This document shows, one piece after another, positions 29,951 to 39,194 of a DNA stretch of 64,000 bases; position 1 is the stretch's first letter; each line of letters begins with the position of its first letter. This DNA is from Actinomycetota bacterium (GTDB taxonomy: Bacteria > Actinomycetota > UBA4738 > HRBIN12). The DNA is taken from positions 32,264-96,263 of the forward strand of contig DATAPH010000023.1 in NCBI GenBank assembly GCA_036265325.1, given 5' to 3'. Under the pieces are notes generated by a model, which saw only the letters and a list, made by a program, of their open reading frames with translations, did no database searches and was not told where the DNA came from. Position numbers and translations under genes: made by a program.

Positions 29951-29996
29951 CGGCCGCGAGCGTAGCAGCGGGCGGTTCACCGCCGGGCCGGGGTCC

Positions 29997-31004
29997 TTGC
30001 TACGCTCCGGCGACCGACCGGAGGGATGCCCGATCGACCCGTTCCGCACCGATGGGGAGTGGCTCAAGGCGCAGTTCCACGCGCACTCGCTTCGCTCCGA
30101 CGGTGAGCTCGAGCCCGAGGCGATGGCGGTGCGCTACCGGGATCTCGGCTATGACATCCTGACCATCTCCGATCACTGGACGCTGACGAAGATCGACGCG
30201 CCCGATGGGCTGTTGCTCGTTCCCGGCGCGGAGCTGATGGTCGATCCGGTCGCGGGCCCGATGTGCCCGGAGTTCCTCGCGATCGGGATCGACGACGTGC
30301 CCGAGAGCCCCAGCGGCGACCCCGCGAACTGGTACGCGTACGAGCACTCGACCATCCGTACGTTCGCGACGTTCGGCGACGGGATCGCGTTCGTCGAGGG
30401 GTTCGGCGGGGCGACGATCCTCTGCCACCCTGCGTGGAGCGGTCTGCCCGAAGCGACGGTCGCCGCGGCGCGAGCGATGCACGGCATCGAGGTCTGGAAC
30501 GCGTCGGCGCACCGCGAGAACGACCGGGGCGACAGCGCCTACATGTGGGACCGGCAGCTCGACGAGGGCGCGTCCCTCGCGCCGTTCGCGACCGACGACG
30601 CGCACTACGCCGCGACGGACCTCGGAGACGCGTGGACGATGGTGCATGCCGCCGACCGGTCGCGCGAGGCCGTCGTCGCGGCCCTCCGGGCCGGGCATGT
30701 CTACGCGTCGAACGGTCCCGCGATCCTCGACGTGCAGCGCGACGGTGACGTCGTCGAGGTCCTCTGCTCGCCGGCGCGCGACGTGTGGCTCCACGGCTCA
30801 TGGGAGAGCGGCCTCGGCGTGTCGACGGGCGAGCGCGCCCCGGGCGATGGCGGGGAGATCTTGGAGCGTGACGACGCCGACGCGATCACTCGGGCGCGGT
30901 TCTCGCCCGAGCCCGACGAGTGGCCCGCGAAGCGCGACCGCCGGTGGTGGCGGGTGGTCGTCGAGGACGCTGCGGGCAAGCGCGCCTGGAGCGCGACCGT
31001 CTAG
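29997..31004 (+). CDS. PHP-domain (polymerase/histidinol-phosphatase-like) metal-dependent phosphoesterase
   Basis: FHAHSLRSDGE PHP motif I and further His/Asp motifs. No in-frame ATG; TTG at 29997 assumed. Start uncertain. Confidence 0.6.
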   Translation: MLRSGDRPEGCPIDPFRTDGEWLKAQFHAHSLRSDGELEPEAMAVRYRDLGYDILTISDHWTLTKIDAPDGLLLVPGAELMVDPVAGPMCPEFLAIGIDDVPESPSGDPANWYAYEHSTIRTFATFGDGIAFVEGFGGATILCHPAWSGLPEATVAAARAMHGIEVWNASAHRENDRGDSAYMWDRQLDEGASLAPFATDDAHYAATDLGDAWTMVHAADRSREAVVAALRAGHVYASNGPAILDVQRDGDVVEVLCSPARDVWLHGSWESGLGVSTGERAPGDGGEILERDDADAITRARFSPEPDEWPAKRDRRWWRVVVEDAAGKRAWSATV

Positions 31005-31023
31005 TTCGTGTCCCGGCGGGCCG

Positions 31024-31410
31024 CTACGCGGGAGGCGGGGGAGGCGGCGGTGGCGGGTTCAGCGGCTGCCCGCCCGCATACATCGGCGGGCTCTTCCGCT
31101 TCATCACCAAGATGATGATCAGCGGGATCAACCCGAACAGCAATCCGAGGACGCCCCACAGCACGGGGCTCCGGCCCTTCGAGTTCGCGATCAACGCGCA
31201 CGCGACGGCGAAGATCACGCCGAACACCAAGAAGAGGGCGGGGTTGAAGCTCGACGACGTGGTTGTGGTGGTTTGCGCCGAGGCGGCGAGCGGGGTCGCA
31301 AGCACGCTCACGCCGACGACGACGGCGACCGCGCTCAGCTTCCGGACGAACGACACGCACCCCTCCTTGGTCTGCTGACGTTCGCGACGATACGCGCTCG
31401 CGGGTGCCAT
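31024..31410 (-). CDS. Small membrane protein with C-terminal poly-Pro tail
   Basis: Signal/TM segments. Tail PPPPPPPPPA. Lies downstream of the flippase-like gene on the same strand (alternative GTG start at 31356). Confidence 0.4.
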   Translation of the reverse strand: MAPASAYRRERQQTKEGCVSFVRKLSAVAVVVGVSVLATPLAASAQTTTTTSSSFNPALFLVFGVIFAVACALIANSKGRSPVLWGVLGLLFGLIPLIIILVMKRKSPPMYAGGQPLNPPPPPPPPPA

Positions 31411-31438
31411 TTCGAGTCTCGTTCGCGTCGATGCGATG

Positions 31439-32545
31439 TCAGGCGGGCTGCGCCTCGAGCTCGGCGGCGATCGATCCCGGCGGCGGGTCCTCGCGCATCC
31501 AGCTCTTCTTCCGGCGCCAGATCACGTAGGTGAACGCGCCGAGCGGGATCTGGATCCCGTACGTCAGCAACCGGAAGATCAGGACCGCCGCGACGATCTG
31601 TGCCTTCTCCGCGCTATCGAACGCGGTCAGGCCGGCGATGTAGCCGAGGTCGATCACGCCGACGCCACCGGGCGTGATCGGGACCGCCGACAGCAGCCGG
31701 CTGAACGCGTACACCGCGAAGATCTCGACGGCGGGAAGCTCCGCCTCCGACACCCCCATGTGGCGGAGCGACAGGATCAGGACGACGCACAGCGCGATCT
31801 GGCTGAGCAGCGTGGTCCACGTCAGCATGAACCAGCGCCGGCTCGCGAGGATGATCGTCTCGCGCCGGAACTTCACCAGCTTGTCGCCGACGCCCTCTGC
31901 GGGCCGTTTGCGGACGAGCTTCCGGAACCACGAGATGATCCGTCCGAAGAAGTCGCCGATCCGGCGCGCCATGGCTTCGCTACGGAACACCAGCACGAGG
32001 ATCGCGACCGCGATCACCAGCGTGATGACCCCGATGATCGCCGCCGTCACCAACTTGGGGTCGACGTGTCCGGTCAGCACCAACAGCGCCAGCGCGATCA
32101 CCGGAAGGCCGAGCTTCGCGAAGATGTTCCAGATCCCCGTGACGCCCACGAACAGCGTGATCTCACCCGCGGTGAACCCCCACGAGTTGAGCATCGCGGC
32201 GGTGACGCCGATCCCGAGCGCGCCGCCGGCGGGGAGCGTGTTGGCGACCGACGTGCTCGTCTGGGTGACCACCGCCGATTGCCAGATGCCCATGCCGATC
32301 AGACCGGCCTCGTTCGCGATCCAGTACGTCCAGAGGTTGAACACCATCACGGCGATCAACGACCAGAACTCGAGTGGCGTGAGCGTTCGCATGGCGTCCC
32401 AGATCGCCCCGTAGTCGGCGAACTTGGGGATCGCGAACACGAAGATCCCAACCACCAAGAGGATGCCGAACACGAACATGATGATCTGTCCCGCGCTGAC
32501 GTGATGCTTGCGCCGTATCTCTTCCGTTGTCGGAGCCGCCATCAA
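31439..32545 (-). CDS. Flippase-like / lysylphosphatidylglycerol-synthase transmembrane-domain protein (UPF0104, TIGR00374 type)
   Basis: About 8 TM helices with the typical AVYAFSRLLSAVPITPGGVGVIDLG segment. Confidence 0.7.
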   Translation of the reverse strand: MMAAPTTEEIRRKHHVSAGQIIMFVFGILLVVGIFVFAIPKFADYGAIWDAMRTLTPLEFWSLIAVMVFNLWTYWIANEAGLIGMGIWQSAVVTQTSTSVANTLPAGGALGIGVTAAMLNSWGFTAGEITLFVGVTGIWNIFAKLGLPVIALALLVLTGHVDPKLVTAAIIGVITLVIAVAILVLVFRSEAMARRIGDFFGRIISWFRKLVRKRPAEGVGDKLVKFRRETIILASRRWFMLTWTTLLSQIALCVVLILSLRHMGVSEAELPAVEIFAVYAFSRLLSAVPITPGGVGVIDLGYIAGLTAFDSAEKAQIVAAVLIFRLLTYGIQIPLGAFTYVIWRRKKSWMREDPPPGSIAAELEAQPA

Positions 32546-32581
32546 CCCCTCCCTGGAGGCCGCTCGCCGCGTTGTACCACC

Positions 32582-33094
32582 CTAGTGCGAGGGCGCCGCC
32601 TCCAACCGGCGGACACGCGCGGCGAGCTCGGCCATGATGCCTCGCGCGATGTCGGGGTTGTCGTCGAGGGCCTTGGAGAACTCCCTGCGCATCAGCCGAA
32701 CCGTGACGAGCGGCGCCGTCGCCACGACGCTCGCCGACCGCGGTTGTCCGTCGAGCAAGGCCATCTCACCGAAGAAGTCGCCGGGCCCGAGCGTCCCGAT
32801 GGTTCGGGTTCCTTTCTTCACGGCCGCGGTGCCGTCCGCGATCACGAAGAAGGAATCGCCGCGCGCTTCCTGGCGCACGATCGTGCGGTTGGTCGGATAC
32901 CGCACCACCTCGCACAGAGACGCGAGCTTGCGGAGGTGGCGCGCAGACAGGTTCGCGAACAACGGCACCCGCTTGAGCAGCTCCGGGCCGCTCCGGCCGA
33001 GCCCGCGTCGGCGCGCTGGTGAAACCTCCGCGACGGTCTCGCCGACGATGCTCGTGAGCGTGGGCCTGCCAGACGTCTTCGCCATGGGGGCCAT
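32582..33094 (-). CDS. Stand-alone cyclic-nucleotide-binding domain protein
   Basis: GDSFFVIADGTAAV...GPGDFFGEMALL cNMP-binding signature. No DNA-binding domain. Confidence 0.7.
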   Translation of the reverse strand: MAPMAKTSGRPTLTSIVGETVAEVSPARRRGLGRSGPELLKRVPLFANLSARHLRKLASLCEVVRYPTNRTIVRQEARGDSFFVIADGTAAVKKGTRTIGTLGPGDFFGEMALLDGQPRSASVVATAPLVTVRLMRREFSKALDDNPDIARGIMAELAARVRRLEAAPSH

Positions 33095-33173
33095 CGTTCC
33101 ACACCGCGGTCGATGCTGTCGCCTCGACGGGCCTCGAAGGTCGCACCGCAAGGCCCGGTGATACGGTCGGTCG

Positions 33174-33680
33174 ATGCCGACCTCACTGATGCGCGACGCG
33201 TTCGATCATCACGTCTGGGCCTCGCTCCGAACGATAGACGTCTGCCTCGGCCTCACGCCGGAGCAGCTCGAGACCTCCGTGCCCGGCACGTACGGCTCGA
33301 TCCTCGACACCGTCCGCCATCTCGTCGGCGCGGACGCCTCGTACTTGTTCGTCCTCAGCGGCACCGACTTCCCTCGGATCGACGAAGACTCGATGTCGTT
33401 GCCGGAGCTGCGTGCGCAGATGGCGACACACGGCGCGGCATGGAACCAGGTGCTCGACGCCGACCCGGATCCCGGCACGGTGCTGACCCGTCATCGAGAT
33501 GACGGCACGTCGACCAACGCGCCGGTCGGCATCCGGCTCGGGCAGGTCGTGCATCACGGGACCGACCATCGCAGCCAGATCTGCACGGCTCTCACCACGC
33601 TCGGGATCGAGCCCCCGTACATCGACGTCTGGGATTACGGCGTCGAGGCCGGCACCGTCGTTGATCACGACGCCTCGTAG
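33174..33680 (+). CDS. DinB/YfiT-like (DinB_2) metal-dependent protein
   Basis: HHVWASLRTID...VRHLV...HHGTDHRSQI His-triad pattern. Confidence 0.65.
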   Translation: MPTSLMRDAFDHHVWASLRTIDVCLGLTPEQLETSVPGTYGSILDTVRHLVGADASYLFVLSGTDFPRIDEDSMSLPELRAQMATHGAAWNQVLDADPDPGTVLTRHRDDGTSTNAPVGIRLGQVVHHGTDHRSQICTALTTLGIEPPYIDVWDYGVEAGTVVDHDAS

Positions 33681-33799
33681 AGGGCTGCCGGGTCGAAGCG
33701 ACGGTCGAGGCTGCGTCCTGGCCGGTTGACCCCTCCCGGGTCGTTGTGTGACGGTGGGCCCTCAGCCCCGTCGTGGGGGCGCATGGCGAAGGAGGGAGC

Positions 33800-34408
33800 A
33801 TGCGTCGCGTTCTCATCGCGAGCCTCGCGCTCGGACTGGCATCCTTCATGGCGATCGTGGTGTCGGCTTCCGGCGCCGAGGCGAAGGTCCCGTGCACGAT
33901 CACCGGAACACCGCATCACGACGTCTTGACGGGTACCGGTGGGCGCGACGTGATCTGCGGTCTCGGCGGCAACGACACGATCCGCGGCCTCGGTGCGAAC
34001 GACATCCTGCGGGGAGGCGGCGGCAATGACCGCCTGTGGGCCGGAAACGGCCGCGATCAGCTGTTCGGCGGAGCCGGTACCGACCGGCTCTACGGCGGCT
34101 CCGGCAACGACGTCGTGCTCGGCGACAACGGCAACGACATCGTGCGTGGTGGCCCCGACATGGACCTCGTGAACGGCGGGCGCGGCGACGATCGTGCGTT
34201 CGGCGGCCGCGGGAGCGACATCGTCACGGGGATCATCGGCAGCGACGTCATCCACGGCGGCGCCGGCAGCGATCGATGCCTCGACGCGCTCGATGGCATT
34301 CGCGGCAACGACATGGTGTTCGGCGGCCCCGGCATCGACCATTACCAAGCCGACCCCGGCGACTTCCATCACTCCGCGGAGGTGCGCGGGCCCTGCATCC
34401 CTGAATAA
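33800..34408 (+). CDS. Secreted calcium-binding protein with hemolysin-type (RTX-like GGxGxD) repeats
   Basis: Signal peptide MRRVLIASLALGLASFMAIVVSASGAEA. At least 10 tandem GGxGNDxL/GGxGxD nonapeptide-like repeats. Confidence 0.7.
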   Translation: MRRVLIASLALGLASFMAIVVSASGAEAKVPCTITGTPHHDVLTGTGGRDVICGLGGNDTIRGLGANDILRGGGGNDRLWAGNGRDQLFGGAGTDRLYGGSGNDVVLGDNGNDIVRGGPDMDLVNGGRGDDRAFGGRGSDIVTGIIGSDVIHGGAGSDRCLDALDGIRGNDMVFGGPGIDHYQADPGDFHHSAEVRGPCIPE

Positions 34409-34532
34409 CGTCCGCTCGCCGTTGTTCGCGATCTCTTCGACAGATGTCTGGACCGTCGGCACTACTCCAACGGCTCCGGGGATCACACCTTTATCGAACA
34501 CTTCGCGTAAGCCCGACCTGACGGACGGGCTG

Positions 34533-35522
34533 CTACGCGTGGGACGTGATGGTCCCGTTCGTGATGGCGCCTTGTGCGTCGGGCTCGGCCCATGACGCCG
34601 AGATGAATCGCTTCGTCTGATCCGGCATCGTGCAGTTCGCATCGAACGACGTGGCGTGGACGTTCGTGACGGTGCCGGTGCACATGGCGCCGCTGGGCAG
34701 GTACTCCATCTGGAACGTGGTCGACGCGAGTTTGGTCGGCGTGACGAGCAGGTCCACACGCACCAGCACGTGCTGCGCGCCGTCGCCCGTGCCTGCCATC
34801 GAGACGATGCCGCGTGTCACGCCCATGTTGCTGAGGATCTTGCCGGAGAGCGAATCCTGGAACTCCGCCGGGTTCCACGGCTTCGGTTGGAAGCGGAGGG
34901 GACCTAGGGCGAGCGCGCTCACGATCGCGATGCTGCCCACGCCCGCAAGCACCGGAACCGCCACGCGGGTGAGGACGGCGCGGCTCTCGGACCGGCGGAG
35001 GATCCGCCAGGTCGTCAGCCCGCAGACCGTCCCGACCGCGACGGCGTCGATCGCCAGCAGCCACGTCGTGCTTCGGTCGGTGCCGCTCCCGAGGCTGTGG
35101 AAGGTCGCCGCCGTCCACACGGCGAAGTTCACGTAGTGCCATCGGCGCCACGAGGCGTAGCTGAGCTTCGTGTTCCGGTAATGGTTCGTGATCGCGAGCG
35201 CCAGCAACAGCTCCGCTGCGACGATGCCGAGCCCGATCCAGATCGGCCGGTACGTCGAGATGAACGGCACGGCGAGCGACAGCGGTGAGAACGGCAGGTA
35301 CGAATCGATCGCGACCGTCGTGATGTGCAGGACGACGAAGGTGCCGGTGAGGATCCCGGTGAACCGGTGCACGTCCTCGAGGGCGAAGCGAGGCCAGTGC
35401 TTCATCCGCTTCTTGCCCGTCATCAACAGCCCGATCGAAACGTTGAGCGTGAGCAAGACGTACGCGGCGACCCCGCCGGCTCGCGCGGCGTACCAATCGA
35501 TCGGGCTCGAGGTCAGGTGCAT
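34533..35522 (-). CDS. Ferric-reductase-like transmembrane domain protein with C-terminal extracytoplasmic domain
   Basis: FRD-type TM core with paired His (HRFTGILTGTFVVLHITT ... HYRNTKLSYASWRRWHYVNF). Its start overlaps the ApbE stop (TGATG). Confidence 0.65.
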   Translation of the reverse strand: MHLTSSPIDWYAARAGGVAAYVLLTLNVSIGLLMTGKKRMKHWPRFALEDVHRFTGILTGTFVVLHITTVAIDSYLPFSPLSLAVPFISTYRPIWIGLGIVAAELLLALAITNHYRNTKLSYASWRRWHYVNFAVWTAATFHSLGSGTDRSTTWLLAIDAVAVGTVCGLTTWRILRRSESRAVLTRVAVPVLAGVGSIAIVSALALGPLRFQPKPWNPAEFQDSLSGKILSNMGVTRGIVSMAGTGDGAQHVLVRVDLLVTPTKLASTTFQMEYLPSGAMCTGTVTNVHATSFDANCTMPDQTKRFISASWAEPDAQGAITNGTITSHA

Positions 35523-36361
35523 CAGGCGGCCTCGCGCAGATCCCGGTCCCAGGCAGATGTCGTACGGATCGAGCCGTCCTCGCCGAGGAAGCGAGCCGGG
35601 ATCCCACGAGCGCCGAGCCACGCGGGGCCGTCGTCGCCGAGCAGGAAGCCCGCTTTCGCGGCGATGTCTGCAGCCACGCACGTCGCACCGCACGCCGTGA
35701 CCTCGGTCCACGGAGAACGCGACGGGAGTCCCGTCCGTGGGTCGATCAGGTGATGCTGGATCTCGCCCCCGCGGAGCCATCGGCGCTTCGTGCGGCCCGA
35801 TGTGGCCAATGCTCCCTTCCGGAGCTCAACCGCGTCGCCTCCTGGAAGAGCGACCGTCAGCGGGCCGCGCGCCGCGAGATCGCCGCCCGCCGACACCGAC
35901 GCGTCGCCCGAGAGCAGTGCGAGCGCATCATCGACGGCAAGCGACTTCACCACACCGTTCAGATCGAGGATCGCGCCCTCGGGCATACGGACGACCCTGC
36001 CGGTCATGGTCACGGGCTCCGGACCCCTGGGGGGTCCGGCCGCGCGGGGATCCGCCGCGAGCTCTGAGAAGTCGCATGTGTACCCGGCGCCGGCCAGCGC
36101 CCCGCCCAGCGTCGGATCTACGAGCCCATCTGTTTCGCGCGCCGCTTGGATCGCGATCGCAAGGGTGTCGGCGAACAGAGTCGATACGAGCGTCGGCCGT
36201 CCGCTCGCCTCGTTCACGCGGTTGAGTTCGCTTCCCGCGATGAACCGACTGAACGTGCGATCGCGATCGCGGAACAGATGCTCGATCTCGACGTGCTCAT
36301 CCATGCGGCCGCCGCGCACGACGACCTCGCATCCCATCGCCTCAAAACGTTGCTCGATCAT
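35522..36361 (-). CDS. apbE: FAD:protein FMN transferase (ApbE family)
   Basis: RFEAMGCEVVV start. ApbE core motifs (DLNGVVKS, GGD). ATGA overlap with the upstream small ORF. Confidence 0.85.
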   Translation of the reverse strand: MIEQRFEAMGCEVVVRGGRMDEHVEIEHLFRDRDRTFSRFIAGSELNRVNEASGRPTLVSTLFADTLAIAIQAARETDGLVDPTLGGALAGAGYTCDFSELAADPRAAGPPRGPEPVTMTGRVVRMPEGAILDLNGVVKSLAVDDALALLSGDASVSAGGDLAARGPLTVALPGGDAVELRKGALATSGRTKRRWLRGGEIQHHLIDPRTGLPSRSPWTEVTACGATCVAADIAAKAGFLLGDDGPAWLGARGIPARFLGEDGSIRTTSAWDRDLREAA

Positions 36362-36678
36362 GACGGCGCGCTCGCTGCACCGGGAGGAGCCTGCGCGGGG
36401 GCGACGACCCCGGCCTGAAGCAGGTTCTTCTTGACGATCTGTTCATATCGCCCCGGCGCCGCGAGCGGTACGACGGGCGCCTTGGCGTGCCCGGCGTACG
36501 CGTTCCGTGCGAGGCTCATCCCGCCGACGAACAGGACGGCCACCGCCGCCACGAACCCCACCTTCGTGGCGTTCGCGCGACGCCGTGCGGCGGCCAGTTC
36601 TTGCTGCCGGTCGGCGCGAACCTGTCGGTCCGGTCGCGGCGGCTGGGCACGGGGTCTCTTCTTGGCTTGTTGACCCAT
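36358..36678 (-). CDS. Small single-TM protein (hypothetical), first gene before apbE
   Basis: Basic N-terminus, one TM (VGFVAAVAVLFVGGMSLA), Pro/Ala-rich C-terminus. Translationally coupled to apbE. Confidence 0.35.
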   Translation of the reverse strand: MGQQAKKRPRAQPPRPDRQVRADRQQELAAARRRANATKVGFVAAVAVLFVGGMSLARNAYAGHAKAPVVPLAAPGRYEQIVKKNLLQAGVVAPAQAPPGAASAPS

Positions 36679-36794
36679 CGATCCTCCAGATCGGGCGTTC
36701 GCAACGAGTATGCGTCGGAGGTTCGTCGGGCATGCCGAGAAATGTCGGTGCAAACGGTTAGAAGTCGATTCGAACGGTCCAGCTTGAGGGCGAT

Positions 36795-38153
36795 CTAGGG
36801 TGGCCCGTTCGCCGCCCGGTAGATACGCCACGGCTCCGGAACACCTTTCAGGTCGTGCTCGCCGAGGTCCTCGAAGACGAGGCCAGAACCGGCGACGAGA
36901 TCCTTGACCGTGGAGGACACGAGCACCTCCGACGGCCCGGCGAGCGCGCTCACCCGTGCCCCGATGTGCACGGCGATCCCACGGATGTCGTCGCCGACGA
37001 GCTCGATCTCCCCGGTGTGGCACCCGGCCCGGATCTCAAGGCCGGCCTGACGGACGGACGACACGATCGCCTGGGCGCAGTGCACGGCTCTGGCCGGCCC
37101 GTCGAACGTCGCGAGGAACCCGTCGCCCGCCGTATCGATCTCGCGCCCACGGAACCGGTCGAGCTCTTTGCGTATGGCCGAGTGATGGACGTCCAGGACG
37201 TCGCGCCACCGCGCGTCGCCGATCTCCGCAGCCTTCTTCGTTGAGCCGACGATGTCGGTGAACAGCACGGTTGCCAGCACGCGATCGGCATCGGGCGCAC
37301 GGCGTGAGCCGGTGAGGAACTCTTCGATCTCGTCCGCGATATCCTCCGCGCCCGCGAAGAGGTTGTGCTTGTCGCCGGGAAGCTCGACGAGGCGACCTTC
37401 CGGGATCGCCGCTGCCGCGCCGTTCGCATGTTCGATCGACATCAGCCTGTCGCCCGTCCGGTGCACGACGATCGTCGGGACGCGGACGGAACGGAAGACG
37501 GGCCACGGATCGATCTGATGCCAGATGCGGAGCATCTCCTTGGCCGATGTTGGGCTCGCCGCGAGCTGGAGCAGCACCTCGTACCAGGCCAGGAACGCCT
37601 CGTCGTTGATGAGCGATGGATCGGACATCTGGATGTCCCAGCGCGCGTACGCGCGGGTGCCCCAGTGTTCTTCCACTTGTCGCATCAGCCCATCGAGGAA
37701 TGCAGCTCGCTCCGGTGACGGATGTGCAAGATCGACGCCCGGCGCATCGGGATCCATCCCGTACAGAACGAGCGATCGCGTTCGATCGGGATGCGTTGCC
37801 GCAAACATGGAGCACACGAAGCAGCCGTCTTCAGAGCCGAGCAGGGCGACCTGCTCGGACCCGACCGCGTCCATCACCGTCAGGATGTCGTCGGCAAGTT
37901 CCTCCAGGGCAGGGAGATCCTGCGGGGAGAAGCGGTCGGACAGCCCGGTGCCGCGCCGGTCGATGATGATCAAACGTGAGAACGACGCGAGCCGCCTCAG
38001 GAACCGCGCGTAGGACGGCAACTCCCACTGCCACCGAAGGTTCGACGCGTAGCCGGGGAGGTAGACGAGATCGATCGGACCGTCGCCGACGACCTGATAC
38101 GCGATCGAGATCCCGCCGGCGGTCTTGGCGTATCTGGTCTCAGGGATATCCAT
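36795..38153 (-). CDS. Alpha/beta-hydrolase domain fused to class III adenylyl/guanylyl cyclase domain
   Basis: N-terminal alpha/beta-hydrolase fold. C-terminal cyclase motifs (VLFTDIVGST, DTAGDGFLATF, GCHTGE). Confidence 0.8.
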   Translation of the reverse strand: MDIPETRYAKTAGGISIAYQVVGDGPIDLVYLPGYASNLRWQWELPSYARFLRRLASFSRLIIIDRRGTGLSDRFSPQDLPALEELADDILTVMDAVGSEQVALLGSEDGCFVCSMFAATHPDRTRSLVLYGMDPDAPGVDLAHPSPERAAFLDGLMRQVEEHWGTRAYARWDIQMSDPSLINDEAFLAWYEVLLQLAASPTSAKEMLRIWHQIDPWPVFRSVRVPTIVVHRTGDRLMSIEHANGAAAAIPEGRLVELPGDKHNLFAGAEDIADEIEEFLTGSRRAPDADRVLATVLFTDIVGSTKKAAEIGDARWRDVLDVHHSAIRKELDRFRGREIDTAGDGFLATFDGPARAVHCAQAIVSSVRQAGLEIRAGCHTGEIELVGDDIRGIAVHIGARVSALAGPSEVLVSSTVKDLVAGSGLVFEDLGEHDLKGVPEPWRIYRAANGPP

Positions 38154-38309
38154 ACGGAGACTCGCTCGTCATGACGTGCTGACGTGGGCTCGGTTCGTAC
38201 TTGGTTTCGAGACGCTGAACGAGCAGCATCTTGCGGCTCAAGCCATATCCGTCGCAAACCCAAGCACCACCTCCCCGTCGTTACGACCGTGGATAGGATC
38301 GAGGGCATC

Positions 38310-38720
38310 ATGCCGCGACGCAGCCATGACGAAGACGTCTCTGCCGAGATCGACGAGATCATCGCGGGCATCGGCGGTTGGCGGAGCGCCACCTTGGCGG
38401 AACTGCGCGCGACGATCCAGAAGGCCGACGGGTCGATCGTCGAAGAGGTGAAGTGGAAGAAGCCCTCCCGGCCTTCGGGGGTGCCCGTGTGGTCAAGCGC
38501 CGGGATCCTCTGTGTCGGCGAACCGCTCAAGGCCGCGGTCCGCCTGACATTCCCGCACGGTGCATCGTTGAAGGACACGAACAAGCTCTTCAACACGCGG
38601 CTCGACAGCAAGACGGTTCGCGCCATCGACGTGTACGAGGGCGACAAGATCGACAAGGCCGCCCTGAAGGGCTTGATAGCAGAAGCGATCGCGCTGAACA
38701 CAGCGAAGAAGGCCAAGTAG
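38310..38720 (+). CDS. DUF1801 domain protein
   Basis: IDEIIAGIGGWRSATLAELRATI...VKWKKPS motif pattern of DUF1801. Confidence 0.65.
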   Translation: MPRRSHDEDVSAEIDEIIAGIGGWRSATLAELRATIQKADGSIVEEVKWKKPSRPSGVPVWSSAGILCVGEPLKAAVRLTFPHGASLKDTNKLFNTRLDSKTVRAIDVYEGDKIDKAALKGLIAEAIALNTAKKAK

Positions 38721-38828
38721 CCTGTCGTCCGCCCGAAGATCCTTGGTTCGCTCTTAACCGTTCGTTCGCGGTCCCTTGGACCGCGCCCCTCTAGCGTCAC
38801 CCTTCGGAGATCCACGAAGGAGTGCGCG

Positions 38829-39194
38829 ATGAAGAACAAGCGATCGGCAGTGCTCACGGCGGGCGGCCTGGCAGCCTCCTTCATGGCCGGCGCGGCGGCG
38901 GTGACCTTCCATTGGGGGATGGGCACGTCCTCGGCGTCGACCGTGGCGGCAGCCCCGAGCCGGGCCGCGGCACCCAAGCCGCTGAAGCCCATCGTGAAGC
39001 ACCGCACGATCGTGGTGCACCGCAAGGCGCCGGCGCCTCCGGCGACCACGACGGCCCCGGCCCCGGCCCCGGCCGCGCAGACCGTCGTGGTCCCAGCGCC
39101 GGCGCCGACGAGCACGACCTCGAAGTCGGTCACCACGACGGGCGGTAGCCCAACTGCCGCGGGCGAGAACGAGCACGAGGGATCGGACGACTGA
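38829..39194 (+). CDS. Small secreted Pro/Ala/Thr-rich protein
   Basis: GAAGGAG SD. Signal peptide. Low-complexity PAPAPAP region. Confidence 0.45.
   Translation: MKNKRSAVLTAGGLAASFMAGAAAVTFHWGMGTSSASTVAAAPSRAAAPKPLKPIVKHRTIVVHRKAPAPPATTTAPAPAPAAQTVVVPAPAPTSTTSKSVTTTGGSPTAAGENEHEGSDD

Noticed and set aside
31024-31060. GC-rich repeat (ggcgg/gggagg units) that looks like a DNA tandem repeat
   Set aside because: It is the coding sequence for a C-terminal poly-proline tail (PPPPPPPPP) of the small membrane protein, not a non-coding repeat or CRISPR.
34483-35688. 401-aa minus-strand ORF in an alternative frame over the ferric-reductase-like gene
   Set aside because: The other frame (34533..35522) gives a coherent FRD-type TM protein. 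This frame is Arg-rich.
39000-39130. Repeated ccccggcc units
   Set aside because: These encode a Pro/Ala low-complexity region in a small secreted protein. The units are irregular and there is no spacer structure. Not a CRISPR or mobile repeat.
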